From Octopus bimaculoides (Eukaryota): a stretch of 55,301 nt of DNA. The position numbers and the translations under genes are program-made. Positions within the stretch are counted from its first letter, which is position 1, and each line of letters begins with the position of its first letter. A model generated the notes under the pieces. The model was not told the origin of the DNA. It worked only from the letters and a program-made list of their open reading frames with translations, and made no database searches. The stretch spans positions 38,923,439-38,978,739 of the forward strand of contig NC_068986.1 of assembly GCF_001194135.2 (NCBI RefSeq), in the 5' to 3' direction. Shown in pieces: positions 36,411 through 48,761 of this stretch.

Positions 36411-37859
36411 ATATACAGTTTAGTACTTTGTGCTTTTCCTACTAGTTGCTACCATTTACTCTTCTATCTTCCTTTTTTTACTCCTGTCATGTCAACTTTG
36501 AAGATGGATTCTGTCAGAAATGTCAGAAACTCCTCTCCTCACAACAATAGTACTTTATTCTTTCTGTTAATCTTTCCAATAAATACAATTCTTGCCTCTG
36601 TACAGGCCACCACCACTTTCCTTGAATTCTGATATATATATATATATAAATCATCATCATTTAACATCAGTTTTCCAGGCTGGCAGCTTTAGCATTCTTT
36701 TTACAGCTGGATGTCTCTCCTAATACTAACCACTTTTCAGTGTATACTGAGTGATTTTTTTTTCCATGCACCAGCACTTGTGAGGTCACCTAGTAATTTG
36801 AGAAAAGAACAGGAAAAAGGAAAAGGAAAAAGTCCCTTTGTCTAAGTAGGAGGTGATTATTTGAGGTGGAAGTGGTTTTATGCCAGGTGTTAAGAGGTTA
36901 AAGTATGACAGAGGTTCAAGCACAAGTGTTTTGCTATAGAGGAGATACATGACTTTCCTGCATTAAATAAAGGTGGGTGAGAGTAGCTAGAAAGAAGGTA
37001 GAGATGGTAGTGACAAGATACCCAAGCATCTCAAAATAAAAGAAGGTGAGTAGAAGAGAGGATACAGACTATAGATCAGGGGTCAGATGGCCTGGACATT
37101 TATGAAGAACTAATATTAGGCTTCAGGTTAGCTTTTCACTCACTAGTCTATGTTTCAAGTGGGTGCTTAAGTTTCTACATTCTTATATATTCTTTTGCCT
37201 TAATGCTTCAGCCATGAAGCGTTCAGGATTCCTATGAAAATATTTATATACAGATATATAGACATCAGGATTTTCATTGCAAGTTCAAAATATGAACTAG
37301 GAAGAAGACTGAAATATAGAAAAATAGGTTTCAGTCAAAGGATCTAAAGATGAGTACGCTACTAGTTAGGAACTGGATCTTTCAAATCCTAGAACATGGT
37401 GAAGCTCAGTATTATGGAAGAGTACGGATAGAAACTCAGTGGTCTGTATCAGTACTAGACCTCTCATTTGGTTTCCAGAGATCCGGAAATTGTGTGAAAT
37501 ACTATACAATATGCACAAGAATACTGTGAAATACTATACAGTATGTTTACTGGAGTAAACAAGCCCAGTTTTTTAAGTTATTTGATTAACATATGGTGTG
37601 TTAAAAATAGTTATATTCTTTAGTATTTTTAAGTTGATTGATAAAGATTAAACATTCTCTGCTTTAGAAGTGTATTAATTTGTACCTGTGTCTGTTAAAT
37701 GATATCCTGTTCTCCACTTTTCTTTTACAAGATGAAAATTATAAAATTTTCATCTTATAAACATTATACTGCACACAAAGTAGAGTATGTTATATTTAAA
37801 AAAATTTAAATAGATTAATAAATCTCAAACAGACCCTGTTTTAAAAGTGTATTAATTTG

Positions 37860-37963
37860 AATGTTAAATACAATTTACTTCTTTACTTTTCATTGTTTAT
37901 TTTATTTGTTAAATGTTAAATACAATTTACTTCTTTACTTTTCATTGTTTATTTTATTTGTTA
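37860..37963 (+). repeat. Perfect 52-bp tandem duplication
   Basis: aatgttaaatacaatttacttctttacttttcattgtttattttatttgtta x2. Confidence 0.95.
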
Positions 37964-38416
37964 AGTACATATATATATATAGGCTGTGTCCATAAAACCA
38001 GTAAATTCAGAAATCTGGGAAACTTCTAGTCCCAAGCTTGCTGGATAATTGGTCCATTATTGCATACACTGCTATAACTAATTGTGTGAACAGTCTAGCA
38101 TGGGGAACATATAAGATCTGTCATGAAGGCAATCTAATTAGTTCTGGTAGTAGCTATGTCACAGTCTTTCTGATACAGAGTAGGAGTTTAGGTAGCATAC
38201 CTGTATGAATGCAGATTATATGATAAAACTGTCAGTCATAGAGATTATAATGCAGATTATATTTTATTATATGAAACTGTCCATCATGTAGTGGTGAAAC
38301 GTTGGATAGCAACTAGAGAGGAGCAGTTTATCTTCAGAGGCAGACTGAACGTGAGTGAATAAAGTAGGACAGTGACTGGATCATGAAGGCTTGTTTGTTT
38401 GTTTGTGTATGTATGT

Positions 38417-38631
38417 ATCATCATCATCATCATCATCGTTTAACGTCCGCTTTCCATGCTAGCATGGGTTGGACGATTTGACTGAGGACTGGTGAAACCC
38501 AGGACTTATTCTTTGTAAGCCTAGTACTTATTCTATTGGTCTTTTATGCTGAACTGCTAAGTTACGGGGACATAAACACACCAGCATCAATGTCAAGCGA
38601 TGTTGGGGGGGACACACACACACTAACATAT

Positions 38632-38664
<33 letters not shown>

Positions 38665-38872
38665 CGACTGGCTTCTTTCAGTTTCCGTCTACCAAATCCA
38701 CTCACAAGGCTTTGGTCGGCCCGAGGCTATAGTAGAAGACACTTGTCCAAGGTGCCACGCAGTNNNNNNNNNNGAGGCTATAGTAGAAGACACTTGTCCA
38801 AGGTGCCACGCAGTGGGACTGAACCTAGAACCATGTGGTTGGTTAGCAAGCTACTTACCACACAGCCACTCC
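38417..38872 (-). mobile_element. SINE family A (head, microsatellite, partial A tail) fused to the RTE (GAT)n tail
   Basis: Plus-strand junction gaggactggtgaaaccc|aggacttattctttg near 38500. CpGs retained. Confidence 0.8.
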
Positions 38873-39039
38873 GGCGTATGTATGTATGTGTGTATGTATG
38901 TATGTATGTATGTATGTATGTATGGGTGAAAGACACCTCAGCTAGTATGTAAATGTAAATATTATTAGTAAGTGAAACACTACTTCCTGGACAGTTTCTC
39001 TTAGCTTGTGTCATGTAATATATATTCTTTTATTTTATT

Positions 39040-39500
39040 TTTATTCTTTTACTTGTTTCAGTCATTTGATTGCAGCCATGCCAGAGCACTACCTTTACGG
39101 ATTTTAGTCAAACAAATTGATCTCAACGCTTATGTTTTTAAAGCCTAGTACTTATTCTATGTGTCTCTTTTTCTGAACCGTTAAGTTATGGGGAAGCAAA
39201 CACACTAACACTGGTTGTAAGCTGTGATGGGGGAACAAACAATGACGCACACACACATAGATATATGCCTATATCTTTTATCATTTATCTTTTTCTTGTT
39301 TCCGTCATTAGACTGCAGCCATACCAGGGCACCGCCTTGAATTTTTAGTCAAATGAATTGACCCCAGTGCTTATTTTTTAAGCCTGGTACCTATTATATC
39401 AGTCTCTTTTATTGAACTGCTAGGTTACAGGGACGTAAACACACCAACACCAGTTGTCAAGCAGTAATGTGGGGACAAACACAGACACAGAGACACACAC
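39040..39500 (-). mobile_element. Two tandem SINE family A tail copies
   Basis: ttttacttgtttcagtcatt... and ttttcttgtttccgtcatt... units, each followed by a CA/TA tract. Confidence 0.75.
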
Positions 39501-39527
39501 ACATAGATATATATATATATATATATA

Positions 39528-39790
39528 TCATCATCATCATCATCGTTTAACGTCCGCTTTCCATGCTAGCATGGGTTGGACGACTTGACTGAGGACTGGT
39601 GAAACCGGATGGCAACACCAGGCTCCAATCTAAATTTGGCAGAGTTTCTACAGCTGGATGCCGGGCTTCTTTCAGTTTCCATCTACAAAATCCACTCATG
39701 AGGCCTTGGTTAGCCTGAAGCTATAGTAGAAGACACTTGGCCAAGATGCCATGCTCTAGGACTGAACCTGGAAGTATGTGGTTGGGAAGT
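39528..39790 (-). mobile_element. SINE family A head joined directly to the RTE tail
   Basis: Minus strand reads ...gatggaaactgaaagaagcccgg|catccagctgtagaaactc...gacgttaaacgatgatg. Confidence 0.8.
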
Positions 39791-39959
39791 ATGATTCTCG
39801 CCACACATAACCTCATCTTTTAGTATATATAGAACTACATTATTCTATATATATATATATATATACCACAAAGCTAGAGATGAAATAGATTTAATGCAAA
39901 GATAGTTTTCTTTTAAATTTTAATTAAAAGAGGAGCAATACTCAAACTAACAGATCATC

Positions 39960-40380
39960 CGACACTACAGAGATTTAGTGCTATTGCTACTCAGCTTGAT
40001 TAAAGCATGTAAGGAAAATACCAGCAGGGAGGGAGCTTCAGAGAGATAATTTTTGGCACAATATTTGTTAAGAGAAATACTTAGAAATGAATTTTTGTTT
40101 GATTTCCTCAGAGCAGCAGCAGTTGTAAGAGGTAGCATTGAGAAGTTAGTGTAAGATGGATGAAAAGGGAGGTCTGTTGTGGAGGAAATTCATGGCTACT
40201 TCACATTTTATATGGATGGAGTAGTATCACAAAGAGTGGTGACAAGGTGCCAGAACATACCCTCAAGATAACATGTCCTAAAAGGTGAATAGAAGAGAGC
40301 ATGGAGACAGTAAAATCATCAGGAGTGGGAGAGTTTGCAAGGCAGTGAGGGAGATAGAGAAAGAATGGAATGGAGATGAT
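39960..40380 (-). mobile_element. Possible L2/Jockey-group LINE 3' relic
   Basis: Decayed minus-strand similarity to a ...LWNSLPxxVFP C-terminus; weak. Confidence 0.3.
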
Positions 40381-40519
40381 CAAATGTATTAAGTCATTAA
40401 GAATGAAATGTCCTATTTTGAACTGAAAGTTTATTTTACTTTATCTCAACAAAAAGCAATGCACTTAATCAAAGTATGTACCTAAATTATCAACACAATT
40501 TTAGCCATTTTAACAGGAG

Positions 40520-41300
40520 CTTATTTGTGCAGGCTGCAAAGAATTCTAGAGAGCAAGAAGTGATGAAATCATGAAAGGCTGCTTTAGCATCTTCTTAAGA
40601 TTTGAAGTTTTTTTCTTGCAAGAAGTTGTCTAATGTGATAGTCAGCTGGTGCAAGGTCTGGTGAATATGGTGGATGACAGAGTACTTCAAGGTTCAGTAA
40701 CTTGAGTAACATTCTTTATACAACCTGTAGTCAAGCATTGTCTTGCAAGAGAATTGGCCTGTCTCTATTGACCAATCTTGGTTGTTTAATTGCAAGTTCA
40801 CTCATCATTTCATCCAATTGCTGATGTATACATCTGCTGTAATTGACTTATTAGGTCTCATGAAGCTATAGTGGATGACACCATTAGCTTTTTTTAGTGN
40901 NNNNNNNNNGCCTGTCTCTATTGACCAATCTTGGTTGTTTAATTGCAAGTTCACTCATCATTTCATCCAATTGCTGATGTATACATCTGCTGTAATTGAC
41001 TTATTAGGTCTCATGAAGCTATAGTGGATGACACCATTAGCTTTTTTTAGTGAATATTCTTTTTGGGATTGTGTTTTGGCACTTTGTCTTTATCCAACCA
41101 GGGCAGAATGCTTGCTATTGTTGAAAAGAATCCATTTTTCATCACACGTAACAATACAATGCAAGAATGGTTTGCTTTTATGCCATGACAGCAAAGAACA
41201 GAAAGTTTCAAGACATGTCATTTGATGCTAATTCAGTTCGTGTGATACCCATTTGTGCAGCTTCTTTACCTTGCCAATTTGTTTCAGATGGTCCAATACA
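40520..41300 (-). mobile_element. Mariner transposase relic (second family)
   Basis: HLKQIGKVKKLHKWVSHEL, IVTCDEKWILFNN and ITADVY..QLDEMM..LAIKQPRLVNRDR. The 143-bp duplication across the N gap is an assembly artefact. Confidence 0.85.
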
Positions 41301-41549
41301 GTTGGAATCAAAACATCAAACCTTGCTACTATCTTTGGCTTGGAGCCTGATTGCGAGCAATTGGTCCAATCGGCTTAAGGCCAGCCCTTGGGATGGGGAT
41401 GATGATGGATTTATGAGAGGGATTCTGTTGTCTGGGTGTAAGGAAAGAGAAGAGAAAAAAGAAGTTAGTTGTTGACTTGAAAAGTAAACTAGGTGAAAGA
41501 TCCAATTATATGCATATACGTGCTTCCACTGCAGTTGGGTCATATTATA

Positions 41550-43900
41550 TTAGCATGACTGGGTTTCTTGAGTACTGCCTATTGTCAATCATCTCGGTCC
41601 TTTGTCACCTTCTCCATGAAGCCCAACATCTTGAAATCAAACTCCACTATCTCATCCCATATTTTATTGGGTCTCTATTTCCACATGTCTATTGTAAGCA
41701 GTTGGCATTTTAGGAAGTTAGCCACATCCATATGCCAACCCAACATAGTCTTCTCTCTTACACACTACATCTAATTCCTTATGATCACTTTTTCTCTCAA
41801 ATTCGTACTTTGTCATTCATGTACATTAATTTTACACATCTTTGTAGTCTTCATAGCTTCTCTGCATTCAAGACCTATATCTCACTGCCATATAGTATTG
41901 CATATAGTATAGTATGATACACAGGTATCATACAATCTGCCTTTCACCTTGAAAAACCTCTTGTTAAAAACAGAGGAAATAATTCACTGAACTTTCTTCA
42001 GCCTGTTCTTACTCTACCTACTATACTCCCAGAACATCCTCCTCCACTGCTAATTGGGTCATGTAGGTACAGAAACTATTTACAACCTTTATGTGTGTAT
42101 GTATGTATGTATGTATGTATGTATGTATGTATGTATCAAAGACACCTCAGCTAGTATATAAATGTAAATATTATTAGTAAGTGAAACACCACTTCCTGGA
42201 CAGTTTCTCTTAGCTTGTGTCATGTAATATATATTCTTTTTTTTTTTTTTTTTTNNNNNNNNNNTTTTTTTTTTTTTTTATTCTTTTACTTGTTTCAGTC
42301 ATTTGATTGCCATTTGATTGTCTTGGACAATTGAGAACATCTATTTTCAGTGTATCCCTAGTGTTTATTGCCTACATGCATCTATCACATACAAAATCTG
42401 TTTTTTCTGTTAATCTACCCATGATTCCATTGCACCTCTTGTGTGTCCATAGTCAGCATTGGGTACAATGTATGGAGTTTCCACTTCTTTCTCTACATAT
42501 CAAACAAGGCCAGTTCCCTGGTGGTTGCACTGGTTCTGTCTGTTTTTTTTTGCATACAAATACTTTAGATTTTACTAAGTTACCTCTGAAACCCTTTGAT
42601 TCTAGATTTTCCTTCCATGCTTGAAATTTCTCCTCTAATACTACTATAGATTCAGTCATGGACATCAAGTCTTAACTTCTTCCATTATGGCCTAGAGAAC
42701 TATGATAAGCAGAGACTAACTGACCACTGAGCCCTGGTGGACACTGTTAACTCTCACCTTGCTGACAGTATCCCTGTGCATAGGTAGTATTGTTTTCACT
42801 AGCTGACTTCCTCAGTGTTCATCAGATCATTAAGTGAGGGATCTTGTTAGAGGCTTTCTTCAGATTGATGAAAGTTAGATGTAGCAGCTTGCTCTTAGTT
42901 AAGTATTTCTGAAGTTGCCTTACTGGTAAAATGGCAGCAGTAGTACTTTTTCTTGACTCAAATCAGAACTGCATCTCATTCAAGGTTAACTCTTTTCCTA
43001 ATCAAATAAGCCATAACTCTGTCACCTTTATGACCTGATCCAACAAGTTGACACCCTTGTAATTATTTCTCTCTAAGATATCTCCTTTGTCCTCATAACA
43101 GTTAACTATGTTGCTGTTACACCGGTCACACTGTTGAACTCCTTCCTATACAATCAGATTGACTAGTCTATATTCTACTCTACCAGATATTTCAAGTATT
43201 TCAGTGGTAATTTTTGATGGACAAAGCATTTTCTTTGACTTCACATCCTTAATTACTTTATCTATTATACTGCTGCATATTAGAATGACTGGTCTCTCAC
43301 TCAGGTCCATACTGGAAAGATCATCTTTCTCTCATGCATTCTTCACACCTAATAGCCTTCCATAGTAGTACTTCCTTGTCTCTTTCTTCTCAGAAACTCT
43401 AAGTGCAAGAATACCATTATCCATCTGTACACAGTTCTCCCCCATGTCATGATTCTCTTGGGTTCACTGTTTTGCAATCCACAAAAACTTCATGCCTCTG
43501 ATCCTGACATTGTAGAACACTAGAAAACCCCTCAGTTCTGCTATCTCCTTCTAGTTACCTAACAGAATTCTCTGCTCTCCTTATTCCTCCAGTTTTTTTC
43601 TAAGCCAGCACCTTCACTTTTATGTCCCTGTCTATGTCACTTTCTGTCTGACTGAAACACTGCACCAGACACAGGTTCCATCTACAGCCCTCTGTAGATT
43701 GTACTTTAGGAACTGCTAGTTGTTGTATACTCTGTAAATTTCTACTTCTTCTTGTCATATGTTTTAACTAGTACTTTTCTCGATTTCAGCCTGCTTGGTG
43801 TATCTTTTAAGTTTCCATATCTTTCTTTTCCAAATGGATTTCTGCTTCCGAGTCCATCTAGGTCTTAAATCTTAAGTCATCAGCTACTAACTGATGTTGG
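41550..43900 (-). mobile_element. RTE LINE ORF2 relic with a Cys-rich insertion after the RT domain
   Basis: LEEKFQAWKENLESKG..NLVKSKV..WPCLICRERSGNSIHCTQC, EVVNSFCY and NYKGVNLLDQVIKV; same family as 22070-23750. Confidence 0.85.
42090..42310 (+). repeat. Copy of 38885-39073 inserted into the RTE relic
   Basis: 38929-39073 versus 42138-42310 shows 2 substitutions outside an expanded poly-T and N stretch; 10-bp catttgattg microhomology at the right junction. Confidence 0.9.
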
Positions 43901-44029
43901 GTTGTACATTATCTCTTTATAATTCCACCAGATGCAGAACATCACCTTGTGTTCAAAATGCCTATGTTTGGCAAGTGGTTCCAGAAGCTGGCTCTTGCTT
44001 AACTACTGCTTATGCATGTTAGGATTGCA

Positions 44030-44320
44030 GAAAAATATCTCCCTTGGATTATTACTTGTTCAATCGATGGTTTGCTTCCTGCACTCACGGCACTTTATCA
44101 ACGAAGAGGAATTGGAAGCTTCAGTGAAGGGGTTCTTTGCCTCATAGGACAAGAACTGGTATCAGCATGGGATATAAAAAACTGGCAGGAAGATAGTTTC
44201 AAACAGTGCAACATATTAGCCTCTACTTTGAATGCTAGACTGCTTTTGTTGTAATTGGAATAAAACAAATAAGTTACCAAAATATAGCAAAACTTTTGAC
44301 TCAATGCAATAGCAACCCTG
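44030..44320 (+). mobile_element. Mariner transposase C-terminal relic with right end (third family)
   Basis: FLHSRHFINEEELEASVKGFFAS*DKNWYQHGI*KLAGR*FQTVQHISLYFE; ends aacttttgactcaatgcaata. Confidence 0.75.
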
Positions 44321-44689
44321 ATTGGAAAGGTGAATTAGTTCAAAAGTTTTAAGATGAAATAGTAGTAGGCTGAATGTGAATAAAATATTTGAATATGATA
44401 TCAACATGCAAACCAACCAAGTAACTGAATGAATAAACAGTCCTGCACACATTATTACAATGCAGTGTGGTAATTAAACTTCAAAAGCAATCATTATGAA
44501 TATTTAGCATTTATTTTGCACAATTACTAAATTTTTATTTTTATAGTTTAAAAGAAATAACTCATTAATGTGGAGAGAACTAAGCAAGGTTTTCTATACT
44601 ATTCCTACCAGTAGATTTAGCTTAAATTTGTTTCTTGCTATGGTCTGGCTATGTCTGGTTATTATTAGCACTCCTATTACATTTTAAGT

Positions 44690-44860
44690 GGTTCCAAATT
44701 TGCAACAAAAATAATAATGTTGAGGGAAGGGTGTGAGTTGATTACATTGACCCCAGTACTTGCCTGGTAATTTTTTACAGGCATTAAGAGGATAAAAGGC
44801 AAAAATGATCTCAGAATATAAAGTGTAGGAGGAAGTGCTGCTAAGCACTACCACCACCGC

Positions 44861-44906
<46 letters not shown>

Positions 44907-45344
44907 CCTACTATAGGCACAAGGCCTGAAATTTGGGGAAGGGGGTTAGTTGATTACATCAACCCCAGCACTCAACTGGTATTTATTTCATTAACCCCGA
45001 AAGAATGAAAGTCAAAGTCAGCCTTGGCAGAATTTGAACTCAGAATGTAAGGATGGGCAAAATGCCGCTAAATATTTTGCCCGACATGCTAATGATTCTG
45101 CCAGCTTTCTGCCTTAATAATAATAATAATCCTTTCTTCTATAGGCACAAGGGTCTGAAATTTGGTAGGAGGGGTCTAGTCAATTACATCAAGCCCAGTT
45201 CAAAACTGGTACTTGCTTTATCGACCCTGAAAGGATGAAAGGCAAAGTTGACCTCAGTGGAATTTGAACTCAGAATGTAAAGATAGAAGAGATGCCACTA
45301 AATATTTTGTTTAGCGTGCTTATGATTCTGTCAGCTCTCTACCT

Positions 45345-45385
<41 letters not shown>
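44690..45385 (-). mobile_element. Three head-to-tail SINE family B copies separated by (TAA)n tracts, then (TAG)n
   Basis: Units at about 44690-44860, 44905-45113 and 45130-45343 share ttgattacat..cccagt.ct and gaatttgaactcagaatgtaa. Confidence 0.85.
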
Positions 45386-46879
45386 ATGAATAAATAAATA
45401 AATGTAAAGTCATATTCAGAATAGTTGGGAAAAAAATGGACACATAACAAAAAACAAAGACTATGATTATTAAAAAATTGAGTACATACGTCAGAGAGAA
45501 AGAGAAAGCTCATAAAAAAATAAATTTCAAATATCAAATAAACTATGTGGGACTTCAAGAACATTGTATGTTATTTAAATATGATTTGAATTTAAAAAAA
45601 TAATTAGTTGAATTTTCAGTTGATGCTTCAAAACTGTTCTACATAAGGAATGATAATTATTACAGCTATGCAATATTTTTTTTTTTAAATGTTAAGTGGA
45701 ACTATTCTATGTCATGTACAGACATTACAGGAAGTCGCATCATATTAGAGTGCTTTCCTACTAACCAATGAAGAATTCAATTCCATAACATGTGTAGTAA
45801 ATCTAGTACAGCCACTACTTATCATGGTATGACTTCTTACCACCTAAATTGTATGAAAGTAAAATTAGAATGTACAGCTCAATGATGTGTAGCAAATAAT
45901 TCAACCCTGTGCAGTGCTCATCAATCCAGGCGTTTAAGTGGTAATAACTTCAAAATTAACATGCAAGAGTTTTGGAATATTGATAAATAAATAAAAACTC
46001 TAAAGCTTCAACCTCTAATTACTACAAGCAGAGCCTGTGGAAATTCCATGGTTGTTTTGAAAACTGTAAGATGAATGGAAATTTATAGAGAACAATGAAA
46101 TATATAATTTCTTATGAAATTACATTTTTTCTAAAACGAATTATTCATGAGATGGCATAGAAGTTTGCATAGATTGCACTGAAGGTGCAGTCATAAAAGA
46201 GAACACCTTTGAAAGTTAAATTCCTTGTTATAAACTTGTCACTCTACTTTGATAGTTGTTATCTAATATTTTTTACTTTATGACAAGAAGGAAACAATCT
46301 CAATTATGGAATGATATCAAATTCATAATCTTTCTATGGTATTATTTTGCTATGGTTCAAATGCTTGTTGAAATTTTTAAATCCTAATATGGTGCAACAC
46401 ATTTTTATTCATATCAGAGAAAAGCTTACATGGTTAGGCTTGAACTCATTGTCTGAGTGAACAAAGTATTGTAGCTGCCCCACTGAATTGTGGATTCTAA
46501 AAAACATACCAGTAATGTGGACATAATAGAGGCACAGGCATAAATATATGATTAAAAAAATGTGCTTGGAAACCATACAAATCTGGTTTTAGTCCCTTTG
46601 CAAATTATTTTCTATTATTGTCTCAAGTTTAATAATACACCGAAAGAAAGTTGGGAAGTAGAAACTGTATAGAAACCAGTTTTAATATATATATGTGTGT
46701 GTGTATATATAAGTTTTTTTTTATTTTAGAGAGAGTGTGTGTGTGTTTACATTTATGCCACTTAAAACTGGTAATATAGCAGTTCAAATACACATTGGTA
46801 AAACAAGTATCCAACTAAAAAATATGGACATAGTTGATATACTAGGCTAAATGTTAAAGGCAAGGCACCATGACCTAAT

Positions 46880-47080
46880 AACCTGCAAAATAATAAATGA
46901 ATATCTGGTTATCTCTATTTCCAGATTTCTAAATTCAGATTCTTCATTTCTTTTAGAGATACATTGTCATCTTTTGGGATTGAAACATTGATTAGGAGAC
47001 ATTTATTTTCTTGTAACTTTAAAAGCAAACATCTTTGAACATTACATTCCGTGTTGTACATTTGTCACTCTTCTATTTTG
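46880..47080 (-). mobile_element. RLE-type (R4/Dong-like) non-LTR retrotransposon C-terminal fragment
   Basis: Minus-strand KCLLINVSIPKDDNVSLKEMK..LEIWK resembles the C..IDxxIPxDxNxxxKExEK restriction-like endonuclease tail. Confidence 0.5.
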
Positions 47081-47329
47081 ATTGAAATAAATTGACCAGA
47101 TTTACTTCAATTTCCCTACCTAGGAGATTAAGGTAAATCTACAAAATGTTACTAATATGAATTGGTATATTCCAAATCTACCTACAAGCCCAACCATCCT
47201 CAATTTTTTGCTTCTAATATTTCTACATCTATCTTCTTGTACCTTGAAGGTGTGCTCTGAAACTTTTTCTCCACCAAACTTTCTCCCTTTCCTGCTGGGA
47301 TAGTCATGCTCTTTTTTCTTGCTTTAGCC

Positions 47330-47610
47330 TCTTGGCATCTGGCACAAAGCCACCTCCCACAATACTGCATTCCATCTCTGTCCAGAGGTTTGGTCTTGTG
47401 AGTTATTTGGTAACCTCACAAGTGCTGGAACCATTGAAAAATGGCTGGCATTAGAAGGGCATTCAGCTGTTGAAAATTTGCCAAAGCAGATCCTGGGGAT
47501 CAATGCAGACCTCAAGCTGGTCAGATACTGTTAACAGGATAACCCTTGCTAGCATGAAATCTGGATGTTAAAATGATGATGATAGTGAAGATGTTGATGA
47601 TGATGATATA
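47330..47610 (+). mobile_element. Older RTE-type tail copy ending in (GAT)n then (AT)n
   Basis: ggctggcattagaagggcattcagctg...ttgctagcatgaaatctggatgttaaaatgatgat. Confidence 0.65.
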
Positions 47611-48598
47611 TATAAACAAGTACACCTTAGTTAATAGTATTTATTTAACTGTCAATCGACTTATGAATAATGTAATGTAAATGTATTTCTAATAGGTTAT
47701 TCCTCTGATTTCCTTTCATAGTGTATCAGTAAATTGTTTTACAAATAATGTAAATTTTATGCTTTGATTTTGTTCCATAATCAGATTGTTATATATATAC
47801 CTAGATGGGAGTAGAATAATAATATAGATAAACAGATATATTTTAAAGATTTGATTGAGCATAGCATAATTAATTGCACTTAAATTAATTAGAATATATA
47901 GTTTAAGTGATTGACAATTAAAAAAAAAAACAACATTTTATACTTGTTTCAGTCACTAAACTGTGGACACACTTCAATGGTTTTAGTCAAACAAATTGAC
48001 TCCAGTTTCTTTTAGTGAACTAAGTTATGGGAGTAATGGGGACAAACCCTAATACAAAGATGCACACACAAACGTTTATATATATGATGGACTTCTTTTA
48101 GTTTCCATCTACTAAATCCACTCATGATACTTTGACTCGTCATGCAGTGGGACTGAACGTGGAACCATGTGGTTGAGGAACATACTTCTTACCACACAGC
48201 CACAATAAAACACTACACTTTTCGTCATCTCCATCTTCATTAACCAGCATCTTCATCAATGACACCACCACCACTTTAACAGCTATGACTCTTCTCAGAA
48301 CATTATAAGCATGTATGCAATTATCTCTAGCATTCCTTTCCCTATAGTCTCACTACTACATTTCCTCTGGTAAACACTCTTCTCTTTTTATCTTTGCCTC
48401 TTCTTGAAAGTAAGCATTTACCCAATTAACAAAATAGCATTCCCTATCTCCTACCTTCCTCTCAGTCTCTGTATGTCTATATCTCTTCAATCAATCATTT
48501 CACAGAATATTAATATTGTAAGGGTAGACATTTAATCTAGTGAATTATAAAAAAATTAAAACTACACTAGTAATGAAAAAAAAAAGCTTTAGTTTTAA

Positions 48599-48761
48599 AG
48601 GTAATTTTTGTCAATAAAGTCAAGGAACACAGTTCTGAAATCAGAAGTAAATAAAATTGAGTGGGAGCATGCAGTGGGGAGAAACAACATTCTGAATGCA
48701 TGCTACTTTAAATTTTGGATTTCAGAACTATCCCCCTTGTCTTTCTTGATAAAAATTACCA
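48599..48761. mobile_element. TTAA-flanked MITE with 43-bp TIRs (Kolobok-like)
   Basis: TTAA|AGGTAATTTTT ... AAAAATTACCA|TTAA. 48600-48642 versus the reverse complement of 48718-48760 matches 36/43. Kolobok elements have TTAA TSDs and purine-purine termini. Confidence 0.65.

Noticed and set aside
37980-38120. VNSEIW motif suggesting a DIRS gag relic
   Set aside because: A single short motif with stops soon after and no supporting RT, RNase H or recombinase sequence.
38723-38814. 41-bp direct duplication in a SINE
   Set aside because: Exact overlap across a 10-N gap; assembly artefact.
40757-41052. 143-bp direct duplication in the mariner relic
   Set aside because: Exact overlap on either side of a 10-N gap, an unmerged contig overlap.
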